63,996 nucleotides of DNA, filler included, from Asterionella formosa (GCA_002256025.1; 26 parts of 26 records of this genome joined end to end with filler, not necessarily neighbours in it), one strand, 5' to 3'; counted from the first letter of the whole stretch, positions 40,084 to 53,359 are shown. Notes: a model not told the origin generated them from the letters alone. Translations and numbers: made by a program.

Positions 40084-40830
40084 CTACTTGCTCTTTTTCA
40101 ACGCCGACCCGCTTGAATGAGCCGCATCCATAACATTTCGATTACCCACCTTGTCCCTTGTATACTTGTCTAATTCTGCAAACGTTCTTGGTGGCAACGC
40201 GTCCACGATGATTTCAATTGATGTACTGTTGGGGTGGTTCGATGCAATTGTTTCCAATGCATGTGGAGCTTGTTGTTCAATGAGTGACACAACATGACCC
40301 AGTTCGACCCCCCACAAAAGAAAAATTCGTTCCGACAGAGCTCCCTTAGTGTCAAGAGATGTGGGAGAGACTGCGCGTTCAGAAACATCACCTGCAGGAA
40401 GGCTAGATGGCGAGGAAGCTGCTGCAGTTGCGGTTTCCGGATCTGGTTCGCCCACGTCAACTAATATGGAAGCGAAATGAAACGAGAACGAATGAGTCAC
40501 CAAGTACAGAAACAAAACAAAACAAAATGCAAGCTTTGTACGTCACTACACAACTGAAACCCCCCAGCTCACACTACACTTACACTAGGCTTTGACCTTT
40601 TTGTAGCGCTCTTCAAATCTCCTTGAAAAGCTCTTGGCCAATAGCCAAAAATCACTCCCATCACTATTGTACGTCTGAAAATTGCTCCATATGAGTCGCA
40701 CGTCTTGAGCACAGTCATGGGCGTTGGCATACACGCCCCGTTCTAGCTTCCTCTTGACCGTTCCCAGATCCATCATTTTGGTAATTACTTTGGGATAATG
40801 CCAGAGTTCGAGCTCTTGATAAATACGGGA
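40084..40830 (-). pseudogene. Bromodomain + ET (NET) domain gene, 5'-truncated with in-frame TAG
   Basis: YPKVITKMMDLGTVKRKL...DVRLIWSNFQTYN...RFEERY, then TAG at 40585-40587 just before a GTAAGT donor. Downstream exon ELGHVVSLIEQ...IEIIVDALPPRTFAEL is ET-like. Confidence 0.75.
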
Positions 40831-41118
40831 ACAAGATTGCTCGGGTTCTCCGGGTAATTGGTGACTTACTGTTTACTGCAACTGATGAATCAGATATCCA
40901 CAGTATTGATGGGTACTGGTACAACGTGGTTGTACCATCTACGTAGATACATACTAACCTAGTAAAAAGTACTGCTGGAACGGCCTCAAGTCACAACTTG
41001 TTGGACCTACCATTACAGCAGGGCACTAACAGGCCAATTCGTCTTTAGATAGCATCTTATCAGATTATGAGACCGAGTCTACTAGTTCATGAACCGACAA
41101 AGAGTGACTAGTAGAACC

Positions 41119-41315
41119 ATGGATCCGAAAGTGGTGGAATTGTCTGGAATGACTCAACATGAGTTGGAAACACTCGCAAACGCCGGTGTGACAAATACAG
41201 ACAATCTTTCCGTCCTCGAAGAAGCGGACATCGTCCAGTTACTTCCCAACTCTTCTATCCTGCTTAGGCGCAAGTTGGCAAGACTTGGGACATTTCTCGC
41301 AAGAGGACATGTCGT
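41119..41315 (+). CDS. Partial ORF, possibly a retroelement gag N-terminus
   Basis: MDPKVVELSG...LANAGVTNTDNLSVLEEADIVQLL, open to the contig end. No diagnostic motif. Confidence 0.25.
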
Positions 41316-41878
41316 NNNNNNNNNNNNNNNNNNNNNNNNNNNNNNNNNNNNNNNNNNNNTTAATTAATTAANNNNNNNNNNNNNNNNNNNNNNNNNNNNN
41401 NNNNNNNNNNNNNNNCGAAAATTACAACAATCAACCGATAAAGGCTACTGAAGAGGCTAGATGGGTCTGATAAACCGACTAATTCTCCTATCAAACAGGC
41501 GATGGGGAGAATACTGAACCTAATGTTGCAATTAGCGCTATCAAAGGGTACCACATAAAAGAAGTAATCACAAAGCAATATCCAACACAACTTGTTGGAT
41601 GGGAAAAACTCGACATATTCCAGACAAGGATTACCCACTCAAGGATGACCAAAATACACGCTGGTCCTACAGGCCGCTAGTACCAGGCGCCTGCATGTCA
41701 CAAGACAGACCTCGCAGGAATACACCTAACGGTTTCCCCGTTGAGCATACGCCTGAGACACCCTGACGTATACTCAGAATTTACCATAGACTACTTCTAC
41801 AAAGAAATGGAAGTGACCGGAGGGAGAACCTGTACCTCCCTGTCAATCATTGAACAAGAGTCGTAATTGAAGTCATGG

Positions 41879-42090
41879 TGTTGAAGTGAGCTTGTCGACG
41901 TACTGTAGTTAAAACTCACAGTCAAATGAGTCAACATATTCGAATGAGTCGACTTTGATGTACTAAGCTCTCATCAACCACACATTCGACATTGTTACTC
42001 TGGCTATAATGAGTTGGATGATACAAGCTATTTCGGAAGACCATTAGTTTGCAATGAATGATCAATGGTTATAAACATATGATAAGTATA
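41879..42090 (+). mobile_element. Diverged 5' end (LTR region) of the copia element at 52166-52902
   Basis: Begins TGTTGAAGTGAGC. Alignable by eye to the reverse complement of 52690-52902 (CGAATGAGTC-ACTTTGATGTAC-AAGCTCTCATCAACCACACATT; AAGCTATTTCGGAAGACC). Confidence 0.7.
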
Positions 42091-42610
42091 AGCACCTCAT
42101 CCTCTTCATAATCATCAATTGAGTGAACAGAGATTGATCACAAGGAGTTCAAAAATGTGACCACAAAAAGCATAATTTGTCACACCACAGCTGGCACAGA
42201 TTTTCAAAAGTAATTTCTCATGTCTTACGGTAAAAGCTAGTATACCCTTCCAAAAGAATGTTCGATAGGCAACTAACACCAAAAGATACAAAGGCGTATT
42301 GCGATAAGCTGCCTTCTTTCCCTTACCAGGAATTGAATACTTCCTATCGTTATACAATTTATTGCCTCTCATTGACAAAATGCCACCAACTGCTGATTCT
42401 ATGATACCAACAAACAAGATTGTGCATAATTCATTCTCTTCATAATCATTGATAGAGAAGTTAGAGGAAATCAGTTTCTACACCTGCCAGGTCACCTCAC
42501 CAGTAACCTCNNNNNNNNNNNNNNNNNNNNNNNNNNNNNNNNNNNNNNNNNNNNTTAATTAATTAANNNNNNNNNNNNNNNNNNNNNNNNNNNNNNNNNN
42601 NNNNNNNNNN

Positions 42611-42933
42611 ATAAATCAAGCAATCATAAAGTATGTTAATTAATATATGTGTTTGTCGTTTAATGTATACAGTTAAAGTCAACAGTTAATATGATAGTAT
42701 TATACAGTGGATAGGATCTAAGTATACAGATGTGTTGATATGTACATCACTATAATATGATTTGTGATATGGATTGATGCATATCACATACCGGTATCCT
42801 CAACAACCGGCCATCACGTTCATTGTCGTGTCGTCTTTCCTTGTTTTAGCTATATACCGGTATATGCCAGCATGTGTATTGTGTAAACACTACGCTGGCA
42901 GAACATGCATATTACACTGTGCTCTGTTCAACA
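42611..42933. repeat. Dispersed repeat family X, copy 3
   Basis: Matches 23446-23603 directly and 32645-32968 as reverse complement. Confidence 0.9.
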
Positions 42934-42958
42934 AGGAAGTGTAGCAAGTGTTGGTCGA

Positions 42959-43705
42959 TCAATAGGCGAAATCACTGGAGAAAGCAATGAATTTACCAGG
43001 GAAGAGAAGCTCCTCTGTAATAAATTTAGATCCGGTGTAGAGGAACGGAGTGCCAATGAGGAGGAAGAACAACGGGTTGATTCTCAACACAGTCGACAAG
43101 AGTTCGAAACCAATACCAAGCCAAACACTTGTGAGAACAATAATGGCGGGAAGGTAGAGAAGATTTGATCTGAATTGGTCTTCTTTCAATGTGACAGTGC
43201 AAATTCCAGTGTCGATCTAGCATTTTGGAGATGTTGAGACTGCAAACTTCGATCCAGTTTCCTTGAGCTCCGTCTTCAATGCGTCAAACTCAGCATCTGG
43301 CATCATCGGTTCACCTTTCAAGTATGCCTGCATGGCGGCGAGATATGTGGCTTCCTTTCGCTTCATGACAACCATGTCAGATCCGTTCCATTGCAAATCT
43401 TTCTTCAATAGGTCAAACTCGTCATCCTTGAGCATTTGCCTTCCAGTGGCATAGTAGGACTGAAGCGCGTCCAGAAAGATACGCTCCTTTTCGGCTACTG
43501 TGAGACGAATGAGTTCCCCACTTTCCGGATCGACGACACAGTATTCCTCGTCAGGAATGCATTCTTCTTCCTGCAAGTTACCGGTAGTCTCAAAGAATCG
43601 TCCAGACTTGGCGTCGTAAGCGATTTCTCTCGTTCCGCTCGTAATGGTGATCTTTTCGTCGCTTCCTTCTTCGGCCATTAAAAGTGGACCAGCAACGGCC
43701 ACACG
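42959..43705 (-). pseudogene. PGRL1: PGRL1 (PGR5-like 1) copy with in-frame TAG and missing C-terminus
   Basis: EKERIFLDALQSYY...DDEFDLLKKDLQWNGS...YLAAMQAYLKGEPMMPDAEFDALK...PKC*IDTGICTVT. The frame continues past TAG (43217-43219) through two TM helices, then ends without the C-terminal CPxC. Confidence 0.8.
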
Positions 43706-43896
43706 NNNNNNNNNNNNNNNNNNNNNNNNNNNNNNNNNNNNNNNNNNNNTTAATTAATTAANNNNNNNNNNNNNNNNNNNNNNNNNNNNNNNNNNNNNNN
43801 NNNNNGAATATAATGATGGTCTTGATATCAAGCAACAACAAAATATAATTACCGGGAAACTAAATATAATATTAAAAACACACATTTGCATGAATC

Positions 43897-44900
43897 ATGT
43901 CGTCGCCATTTGATTTACTTGATGATAATGACGATGACAGTAGTGATCTTGATTTCTTCTTCCTCTGTCATTTAGCTAAGGAAGCAGAGGAAAAAGAACA
44001 CTCATCCAAACGACAAAGGCGACGCTGTAAACGGCAGCTTCAGTCATCTGAACGACGACGACAACGAAGGCACAAGTGGCACCACGAAAGAATCTCCTGG
44101 CAATCACATGTCGAGAAACTCAATCACGAGATTGCTTTCGAGAAGACATACAGAATGTCACACAGAGCATTCAAAAAACTCACCTCCATGCTGGAAATTC
44201 AGATTGCAGGGAATTATTCCAAATGTGGCACTTCTGAGCCCATAATTCCCGAAATTGTGGTAGCCATTGGTTTGCGATGGCTGGCTGGTGGCAGTTACAT
44301 CGACATTCGTCATGCCTACGGTTGTAGCATTGCTTCACTTTATCGATGTCGTGATTTGTTCATTGATGCTGTACTAAACTGTGAAGAACTCGAAATTATT
44401 TTTCCAAAAGAAAAAGAAGAATTTATCAAATTGGCTTCCAGCTTTGAATGCAAAAGCTCAGAGGGCATGATGAGAGGATGTGTTGGTGCTATTGACGGCT
44501 TCCTAGCCACCATCAACCGCCCGACTATAGTTGAAAGTGGCAACAACCCTGGTTCATTTTTTTCCGGTCACTACATGACTTATGGAATCAATGTCCAGGC
44601 TGTTTGTGATGCTGACTCAAGATTTATTTATTTTGGTGTAATTGCAACGGGAAAATGCAGTGACCAAGTAGCTTTTGAACGAACTTCCATTTTCGATCGA
44701 GTTGCAGCATTCAACACAGGTTTTTATCTGGTCGGCGATGCAGCTTACACATTGTCTGATGTAATGCTTGTTACCTTTGTTGGCTCACAACGTGATGATC
44801 CAACACAGGATACATTTAACTTTTTCCTTTCACAGCTAAGGATAAGAATAGAAATGGCATTTGGTCTTCTTCAGACAAAATGGTGTGTTCTGAAAAAAAA
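43897..44900 (+). mobile_element. PIF/Harbinger (DDE_Tnp_4) transposase, copy 1, partial
   Basis: YRMSHRAF, LRWLAGGSY, GAIDG, NVQAVCD, LVGDAAY, FNFFLSQLRIRIEMAFGLL. Confidence 0.93.
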
Positions 44901-45000
44901 NNNNNNNNNNNNNNNNNNNNNNNNNNNNNNNNNNNNNNNNNNNNTTAATTAATTAANNNNNNNNNNNNNNNNNNNNNNNNNNNNNNNNNNNNNNNNNNNN

Positions 45001-46004
45001 TTTTTTTTCAGAACACACCATTTTGTCTGAAGAAGACCAAATGCCATTTCTATTCTTATCCTTAGCTGTGAAAGGAAAAAGTTAAATGTATCCTGTGTTG
45101 GATCATCACGTTGTGAGCCAACAAAGGGAACAAGCATTACATCAGACAATGTGTAAGCTGCATCGCCGACCAGATAAAAACCTGTGTTGAATGCTGCAAC
45201 TCGATCGAAAATGGAAGTTTTTTCAAAAGCTACTTGGTCACTGCATTTTCCCGGTTTAATTACACCTAAATAAATAAATCTTGAGTCAGCATCACAAACA
45301 GCCTGGACATTGATTCCATAAGTCATGTAGTGACCGGAAAAAAATGAACCAGGGTTGTTGCCACTTTCAACTATAGTCGGGCGGTTGATGGTGGCTAGGA
45401 AGCCGTCAATAGCACCAACACATCCTCTCATCATGCCCTCTGAGCTTTTGCATTCAAAGCTGGAAGCCAATTTGATAAATTCTTCTTTTTCTTTTGGAAA
45501 AACAATTTCGAGTTCTCCACAGTTTAGTACAGCATCAATGAACAAATCACGACATCGATAAAGTGAAGCAATGCTACAACCGTAGGCATGACGAATGTCG
45601 ATGTAACTGCCACCAGCCAGCCATCGCAAACCAATGGCTACCACAATTTCGGGAATTATGGGCTCAGAAGTGCCACATTTGGAATAATTCCCTGCAATCT
45701 GAATTTCCAGCATGGAGGTGAGTTTTTTGAATGCTCTGTGTGACATTCTGTATGTCTTCTCGAAAGCAATCTCGTGATTGAGTTTCTCGACATGTGATTG
45801 CCAGGAGATTCTTTCGTGGTGCCACTTGTGCCTTCGTTGTCGTCGTCGTTCAGATGACTGAAGCTGCCGTTTACAGCGTCGCCTTTGTCGTTTGGATGAG
45901 TGTTCTTTTTCCTCTGCTTCCTTAGCTAAATGACAGAGGAAGAAGAAATCAAGATCACTACTGTCATCGTCATTATCATCAAGTAAATCAAATGGCGACG
46001 ACAT
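45001..46004 (-). mobile_element. PIF/Harbinger transposase, copy 2, partial
   Basis: Same protein as copy 1 apart from a few substitutions. Confidence 0.93.
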
Positions 46005-47478
46005 GATTCATGCAAATGTGTGTTTTTAATATTATATTTAGTTTCCCGGTAATTATATTTTGTTGTTGCTTGATATCAAGACCATCATTATATTCNNNNN
46101 NNNNNNNNNNNNNNNNNNNNNNNNNNNNNNNNNNNNNNNTTAATTAATTAANNNNNNNNNNNNNNNNNNNNNNNNNNNNNNNNNNNNNNNNNNNNCAGTA
46201 TTTCCGCCACAGTCATTCCTCTCCGCTGCCCACCAAACAAGCAAGAACCCTGATCATTCCATTCTGAGCAAGCGTGATCGCCACGCTGCTCCAGAACTAT
46301 TGACTCTCTCTAGCTGAGTATTGTCATGTAGCTTCTGATACGAACTCGTTGTAGAAATGTAGCAAAGCGCATTAGTACAAGAAAAGCACTGCTTGGCGGC
46401 AATATTGACATCATTGTCAATGACAATACAAATCAACAAATGCAATCAACAACGGCACAATACCACATCTTCAATGAGTAGTCATTGATAAATGCATTGG
46501 TTCTTATGTAGATATGTAAAATCAAAACAAAACGACAGTGCGTAACAACAGATCAAAACAAACCACGGAAGCAATCAAATCGGAAAAGCGATAAATACGA
46601 TCTACAATCCACATTCAGTGTTTCACTGTTGTACTTACCGATCCTCTTCAACTAGTATAACAAGCAGCAGACTATGGGATCAAAGAAAGACGAACGTTGC
46701 CTATTGCAAGCCCGAATAGAGCAAAGGCAGGCAAGATAGAGTGAGAACTATATTTGTGAGGACGAAATCGGGCATACGGTACGTAAAATCAATGAATATG
46801 TGAACGATATAATTCAACATTTCAGGTCTCGTAAAAATAATACCGTGTCTACAGAGATAATATTATTACGTGTTCAAAGTAAGCGTTAAAGCATAGCTTA
46901 AACCATGCATGGTTGTTTTAGTACCACGTACGTATGTAGACTGGATGACTGCCGGTAACCGGTAGAATATCCGTTAAGCATCATTACATACATGACCGGA
47001 GCAAAAACTTGCCACCAACAACAGATGTATCGATATCATCGTTCGTCCGACGAAAAATGGACGATGCGACTACATGAATGCCTCGAGAAGACAAGCAATC
47101 TAACAATCAACTGCATCCGTTAGGCGAAGAATCGCTACCAGTACTGCTGGCGTCATCGCGCCACTGATTTCGCTTCAAACCGGTCATGATTGACGACGAT
47201 TGGCATGGTGAAAGATGAATTTCCGGAGTCCACTTTTCAGGAGACGAACGAAAACAAGGTGAATTCTAGATATAAATTATTAAAATCTGNNNNNNNNNNN
47301 NNNNNNNNNNNNNNNNNNNNNNNNNNNNNNNNNTTAATTAATTAANNNNNNNNNNNNNNNNNNNNNNNNNNNNNNNNNNNNNNNNNNNNGACTATTGAGA
47401 AGGGTTAGCATGGGAGTGGAAAGAGATGAGAGACTGACACTGTGTAAGGCAAAGAGATTAATTATTCCTTGAACTTAC

Positions 47479-48180
47479 CGTGTCGTTGTATGTTTCTACT
47501 AGTAATAACATGAACCGCTGCTCAATAACGGAGTCTGGCATACTCTCAGCAGCAGCCTTGTACAAAACTCTACGATCCTTGGGTGCAACCTTCCATCCGT
47601 CTAGAATGACAACAGCACGAGGCACTACTTGATGCAAAATTGAAGCCGATTCTTGTTCCAGCAATAGATTTCCGAGCGCTTGCCCTTCTTGCAGCATTGC
47701 GGGTTGATACAACTTGGCCAGACTAATCATCTTGGCCAGCAAGTCACATTTTTCTGTCCCATCATGGCGCAAATTGTAGAGTGCAGAAAGCAAGGTAATG
47801 CGTCGGACCGCAAGAGTTACCTCTTCAACTCCTGTCACTTCAGTAGTATGCACTGCTTCTGCTAACGCTGCTGCCAAAGGAGCTTCTTCGAGTGGTCGAT
47901 CCGCTCTCACCCTTTGCAACAGGGCCGCCAGTAGCGAAAAGGCGGATGTGGCTTCGTCAGACGATTCCAAAACAAGCAAAGAGCTGATTGCACCAGGGTC
48001 TCCAACGATCGCCGCCATTAGTCCCGAGGCATCAGAATGAACAATGCAATTCTCACAGGAGGAGACAAAGGAACTGCCCAGGGCGACGGGCGATTCTGTT
48101 TCGGCCAAGAGTTTCACCAAACGGACTTCAGCATCTTCTGCGACGTTCACTAGAGTAGACGAGGATCTGGCTGCTGCCAT
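47479..48180 (-). CDS. eIF3m: Eukaryotic translation initiation factor 3 subunit M, first exon (partial gene)
   Basis: TLVNVAEDAEVRL...RRITLLSALYNL...LDGWKVAPKDRRVLY...LLLVETYND follows the eIF3m N-terminal pattern. GTAAGT donor at 47478. Confidence 0.6.
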
Positions 48181-48583
48181 TGTCTAGCTGTTGCGTGTTC
48201 TACGGTGATTAAGTGAACTAAGGCAATGAAGGCGACTGTCCGCAATCAACAAGATAACATCACTCGAGTTTTATTATAGGCGGTACATAAAGCAGCCATG
48301 ATGATCGAAACGAGACAAATTGCTGCCACAGCACGTATTGAGTCCGAGTGGCTGGAGCGAGTTTGCGGTCGTGAGAGACTGTCCGTCCCTCGTCCGTATC
48401 AAGTCGTAGCTTCTCTTGCTGGGTGGCACTTTCTAGATTCGCTGGAAGAATGAAAATAACGCTGGCGAGTTTGACTTGATGATNNNNNNNNNNNNNNNNN
48501 NNNNNNNNNNNNNNNNNNNNNNNNNNNTTAATTAATTAANNNNNNNNNNNNNNNNNNNNNNNNNNNNNNNNNNNNNNNNNNNN

Positions 48584-49596
48584 TGTGGTTGGCATAACAT
48601 TTTGACTTGTTCATGTGCACGTTGTAGAGAGGAAAAATAGTATAGTTCCTCTTCCTCCATCCACAAAAGTGTACTGTCATGAGAATGATTGTCCCTCCTC
48701 CGTGGTCTGTATATTTCCGAAACGACTCTATCAAATTCATTTTGACTGGCATAGCCCAACCACCTTCCAATATCCATGTAGGTTGGTGGTATGGCATAAT
48801 CCCAACACGATACCAATTGATGTGCATGTCCTAGTAGTTGTCCATAAATGACATACAACATGGTCGTATAGAGGTGCATGGCTTCCAATCGTGTATGAAA
48901 GTGTCGATGGACTGTGGTGGATGTTAGTACTTGTCCAATATCTCGATGTAAATATAAATGTCCACATGTAACCTTGGCATCGCGACAGGCTTGATAAAGT
49001 AGATCCATATTTGGATATTTGGTCAATGCACATCTCTGGGTGTTATCCCCTTTCTTGTCTAGCGACATGGACGAGTAGGTGGGATACGACATGAGACCAA
49101 ATCCTGTTCGTTTGTACTTGGGACCATTGATTGGAATAGTAATTGTAGGGTCAACAACATTTTGTGAAAGTGCCTTGAGATTCGTGACCACTCGAGTCAT
49201 GAGTTTTTGGGAGGTTGTTGTTGTAGCATTGTAATTCTTCCCTTGTCCACTATTGTTATTGGTATTACAATGAGCTCCCCAGAGCGAATTGGCCTTTTGA
49301 TGATTGTTGTACAGTGACTGCTGAAGGGCAATGATATCGCTTGTTGGGAGTCTCTGAAACGTTGGAGATCTGTGGACAAGGTCAGAGTACAAATGATGTC
49401 CTGTACCTTCCAACCCAATAAGAAAGATGAATCGAGGCTTTGCTGCTTTCGTTGTTGTTGTTGCTGCTGCTGCTGTCTTTGCCATTATTGGCTGTCCAAG
49501 GTATTTTGTCAGAAGCAGCAAGGGCGGTAGTAGTAACAGTAATATCAGAATTGACAGTACTACAGCTCGTTGAAGATGATTGCTTTTGCGCCGCAT
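48584..49596 (-). CDS. Type II membrane protein, sulfotransferase-like P-loop fold (partial)
   Basis: Basic N-terminus, TM helix, then RFIFLIGLEGTGHHLY and a later LYLHRD strand. ORF open to the contig end. Confidence 0.5.
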
Positions 49597-50319
49597 TGTA
49601 TTCTTATTAACAGCTGTTCATAAAGTGATATCACTCCATTTCATCTTTTGTTTGGCGTGTTTTTATTGTCCTTGTTCNNNNNNNNNNNNNNNNNNNNNNN
49701 NNNNNNNNNNNNNNNNNNNNNTTAATTAATTAANNNNNNNNNNNNNNNNNNNNNNNNNNNNNNNNNNNNNNNNNNNNGTCTCACTTAAACCACTTACAAT
49801 TTTGATTTTGCATTCTTCTTCCCACAACCTTTTCCAAACTTTGTTGAAAGTTGTAGATATCTTCCTCCTATCCTTGTACTTTTATTGAAACTTATAGACA
49901 TTCACCTCGGCAAGCAGCTTTTGGTAATTCTGACAAGTTGTCTCTTTGTATTTGGACATGGGCTTGGATTAATTAATGCCGACATGCAAGGATTTACTTC
50001 TGTGCCTTGATTTGTTCGTCTTCTTCTTGTTAGTCTTGTTCCTTCTTATTCCCTTTCCCTTCTTAACTGAAAATCAATTTCATGCTTCGAACAATCCCAT
50101 GAAACATGGAATGAATGGTACAAACTGCCTGTCACCAAGAGTGGCTGGGACTGTTTTCAATCAGGAAGGAAACATAATGCGTTGATGGCTGGCAAGGATC
50201 AAACAATGACAAACGGAGGAATTGATTATGGTGACAGAGGTGATCAAGCGAGTGCAAGGTAGTGGCTGAGCAAAAATTGAAATGGCATGTGTTGCCAAGA
50301 GAGTCATCATGATTAATTA

Positions 50320-50871
50320 CCCAAAAATTAAAATATTGCTTAGGGTGGCCAAAATTCCCTGGAACTACGAATTTCTATGGAATAATTTTGGATTAAATGA
50401 TTCCATTTGAAATATTTAAATTAGACTAGTGGAAATTTGTTCATGAGTATGTAGATTTCTTTTCGAATTCGCTAAATATATGCATAAACATTCTCCATCG
50501 CTAAATGTATATATACCCAATAATACAATCAACATATATGTGTCATACGAGCTGGCAGCATGGCATATATTGTTGATGATTAATAGTGAGAAACAAACAG
50601 ATGCAACAATTAACCATGAGTGAAAATACACACCATTTGGACAACAATGGCATCTTCGAATTCAACTACAGTCATAATGCATTGCCAACATGTCAAGACT
50701 GCTGGTTAATTGTAGAGTGGGAATTGGAGGGATGTGAGGCACGCATCTTCTGTGAATGCTGCGATTTTGGTTGCCCTGAATGTCAGTGTCGATGGGATGA
50801 AGTCAAATAGTTGATGGAGAAGTTTTTGGAAGATGATTTCATTCTCACAAGAATGAAAGATGAAGACATCA
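50320..50871 (+). mobile_element. Second diverged Kolobok left arm with KolX relic
   Basis: CAAAAATTAAAATATTGCTTAGGGTGGCC resembles 3742-3770. MSENTHHLDNNGIFEFNYSH...IFCECCDFGCPECQC matches 4004-4250; in-frame stop at 50808-50810. Confidence 0.75.
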
Positions 50872-51262
50872 NNNNNNNNNNNNNNNNNNNNNNNNNNNNN
50901 NNNNNNNNNNNNNNNTTAATTAATTAANNNNNNNNNNNNNNNNNNNNNNNNNNNNNNNNNNNNNNNNNNNNTCATACTCGCATATACATAATTCGAAAAT
51001 ACTCAATGCACTATATGTCCATTGTTTTCCACGACTACGTGTACCGGAATTGTTTCTGAAATTTGTTTGCATCGATATTTTCTACGTCCGTTGAAACTTA
51101 TTATTTAGACCGTTCAAATGCCCCTTTTTTGGGCGGGAGCTCTTCATGTGTACCGGTACATCATATGACAATAACAATGTATCATTTATACATACAGGGT
51201 ACCAGTAGCAGGTAGTAAGTGATCTACTGGGGGTAGTCAGAGTAGTACCGGTAAACTAGCAA

Positions 51263-51578
51263 CAGAACACCATATGTTCAGGACTGTTGCTACTGCAGTG
51301 GGACAGTAAATCATCATAGTTTTAGGATCGTATGATCGTAAAATTATGATCCAAAAGAACACCATATGTTTATGACTGTTGCTACTGCAGTGGGACAGTA
51401 AATCATCATAATTTTAGGATTGTATGATCGTAAAACTAAAAACCAATGGAATACCATATATTCAGGACTGTTGCTACTACCGTGGGACAATAAATCATCA
51501 TAGTTCTAGGATTGTATGATCGTAAAACTAAAAACCAATAGTCGGAGTAATAAGCGAGCAACAGAACACCATATGTTC
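51263..51578. repeat. Tandem repeat, about 92-95 bp x3 plus partial
   Basis: AGAACACCATATGTTCAGGACTGTTGCTACTGCAGTGGGACAGTAAATCATCATA...TATGATCGTAAAA repeated. Confidence 0.9.
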
Positions 51579-52165
51579 TGGCATACCTACCCGGTAGTTA
51601 TCATAATATTGCTTTTATGAATTTAACTGGCGCGATAATTAGCCAGGCTGACGAGTTACTACCGGTACCAGGTAGTACGTCTACATCTTTTATCAGCACC
51701 TTTAAGTAGCACCTACGGTTATGGTGGTATGACAGGGTGGCTGTGGTTATGGAGCAGGGGGTAGAACGCCACAACATGACGAAGTCCCAAGGATCATGAA
51801 TGGGAAGAAAACTTTGCTGCATTCTGGTGGTACCATTGGACTTGGGAAACAGCGAGGAAGGTTGTATCCCGCCATATCAAACGGTTTCGAATAAGAGGAG
51901 TTGGAACGAAGAGATGTGACAAGAACTGACCTGACACTTCTGTCCGACTTGGTCGATGGATGTCTCCCGCCTATTTGTGACTTCCTGCGCAACACAACAA
52001 AACTTGCCACAACGACGAATCAAACGGGTTTCGAATATGAGGAGTGGTTGGAACGAAGAGACTTGNNNNNNNNNNNNNNNNNNNNNNNNNNNNNNNNNNN
52101 NNNNNNNNNTTAATTAATTAANNNNNNNNNNNNNNNNNNNNNNNNNNNNNNNNNNNNNNNNNNNN

Positions 52166-52902
52166 AACGTTTTCGTTTTGGCTTGGTTTACGAGTCCGAA
52201 GGCGATTCCGGTGCAGCTCATGATGAGCAACTGGTACGCCTTGTCGTTGGCCTCGTAGATAGCCCTGACTCCTTTGTCTGTCTCCAATTCGTACTCTTCG
52301 TCAGAACACGGGTTGTGGTTCTTGGAGTACATCGTTCGGAATCCTCTTGCCTTCGCCAGAGCGAGCGTTTTAACGCTCCACTGGTACCAGTTCGTTTCGT
52401 TGCCATCAAACTTGATGAGCCTCATGCTCTCTTCAGACATTTCTGTAGACATGTTAAAACACTTAAGTCCGTTTATAAACGTGTTAAAGTATTACCTTTT
52501 GTATAGATCTATATCGTTAGACAAAGAAGACTATAGATAGAGACGTTCGTTTCTCTTTCCGTTTCTATATTCTTATTGTGAGTTTACTAATCTAGTTTAG
52601 GTTGTTCTGTTTGAACAAAACAAACGAACTATTCTCCAAATGCTGTTTGCATTTCTAGGAACATACAATCATAGATAGACCCATGTCTATCTCACACTTA
52701 CTGATCATAGGTATTTAACCATGATCATTCATTTCAAACTATCGGTCTTCCGAAATAGCTTATATTGTCCGGCTCATAATAGTCGGAGTAACAAAGTATA
52801 ATGTGTGGTTGATGAGAGCTTGGTACATCAAAGTTGACTCATTCGAATCGTTTGACTCGTTTGACTCCGAGTCCTAACTACGTAGATGAGCTCACTTTAA
52901 CA
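52166..52902 (-). mobile_element. Ty1/copia element 5' end: putative LTR, leader and gag start (52452)
   Basis: Gag FDGNETNWYQWSVKTLALAKARG...ANDKAYQLLIMSC. The element begins TGTT at 52902, and homology with 41879 starts at the same TG. Confidence 0.75.
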
Positions 52903-53359
52903 CCAGGGTACCTGGTAGTAGGAACCACCCCTATCGGTAACTATTTAGGAAAAAAGCGCCAAAAAACCGAGTCAGGTTCACCTAATTCTTGACTGCGGTA
53001 CCTGGTACCAGGGTACCAGGTACTCAGAACATACCAGTTTATTAAATGGACCATTCGGTTCGTAATAATTTTTAAATAGAAAGGGCTGCTACCGGTATCC
53101 GGATAATTATTTGAGGTACCAGGGTACCAGGTACCAACCAGAAACGCTTTTTTCATGAGGAGAGGCAGTGACCTAATAAAGTTTGGTTGTAGACGAACAG
53201 AGGGAGTTACCAGATACCGGTAAGTAAATAATGTGATGTATATGAAATATGCTCAGATANNNNNNNNNNNNNNNNNNNNNNNNNNNNNNNNNNNNNNNNN
53301 NNNTTAATTAATTAANNNNNNNNNNNNNNNNNNNNNNNNNNNNNNNNNNNNNNNNNNNN

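Noticed and set aside
40585..43219. TAG reassignment or readthrough suggested by two in-frame TAGs
   Set aside because: The positions imply different residues (probably Glu vs Tyr), both genes have other damage, and TAG terminates V-ATPase copy B normally.
43806..46095. Apparent 2.3-kb palindrome of two Harbinger genes
   Set aside because: The arms are separate contigs on either side of a spacer.
51263..51578. CRISPR-like array
   Set aside because: Whole units repeat with no unique spacers, there are no cas genes, and the context is eukaryotic.
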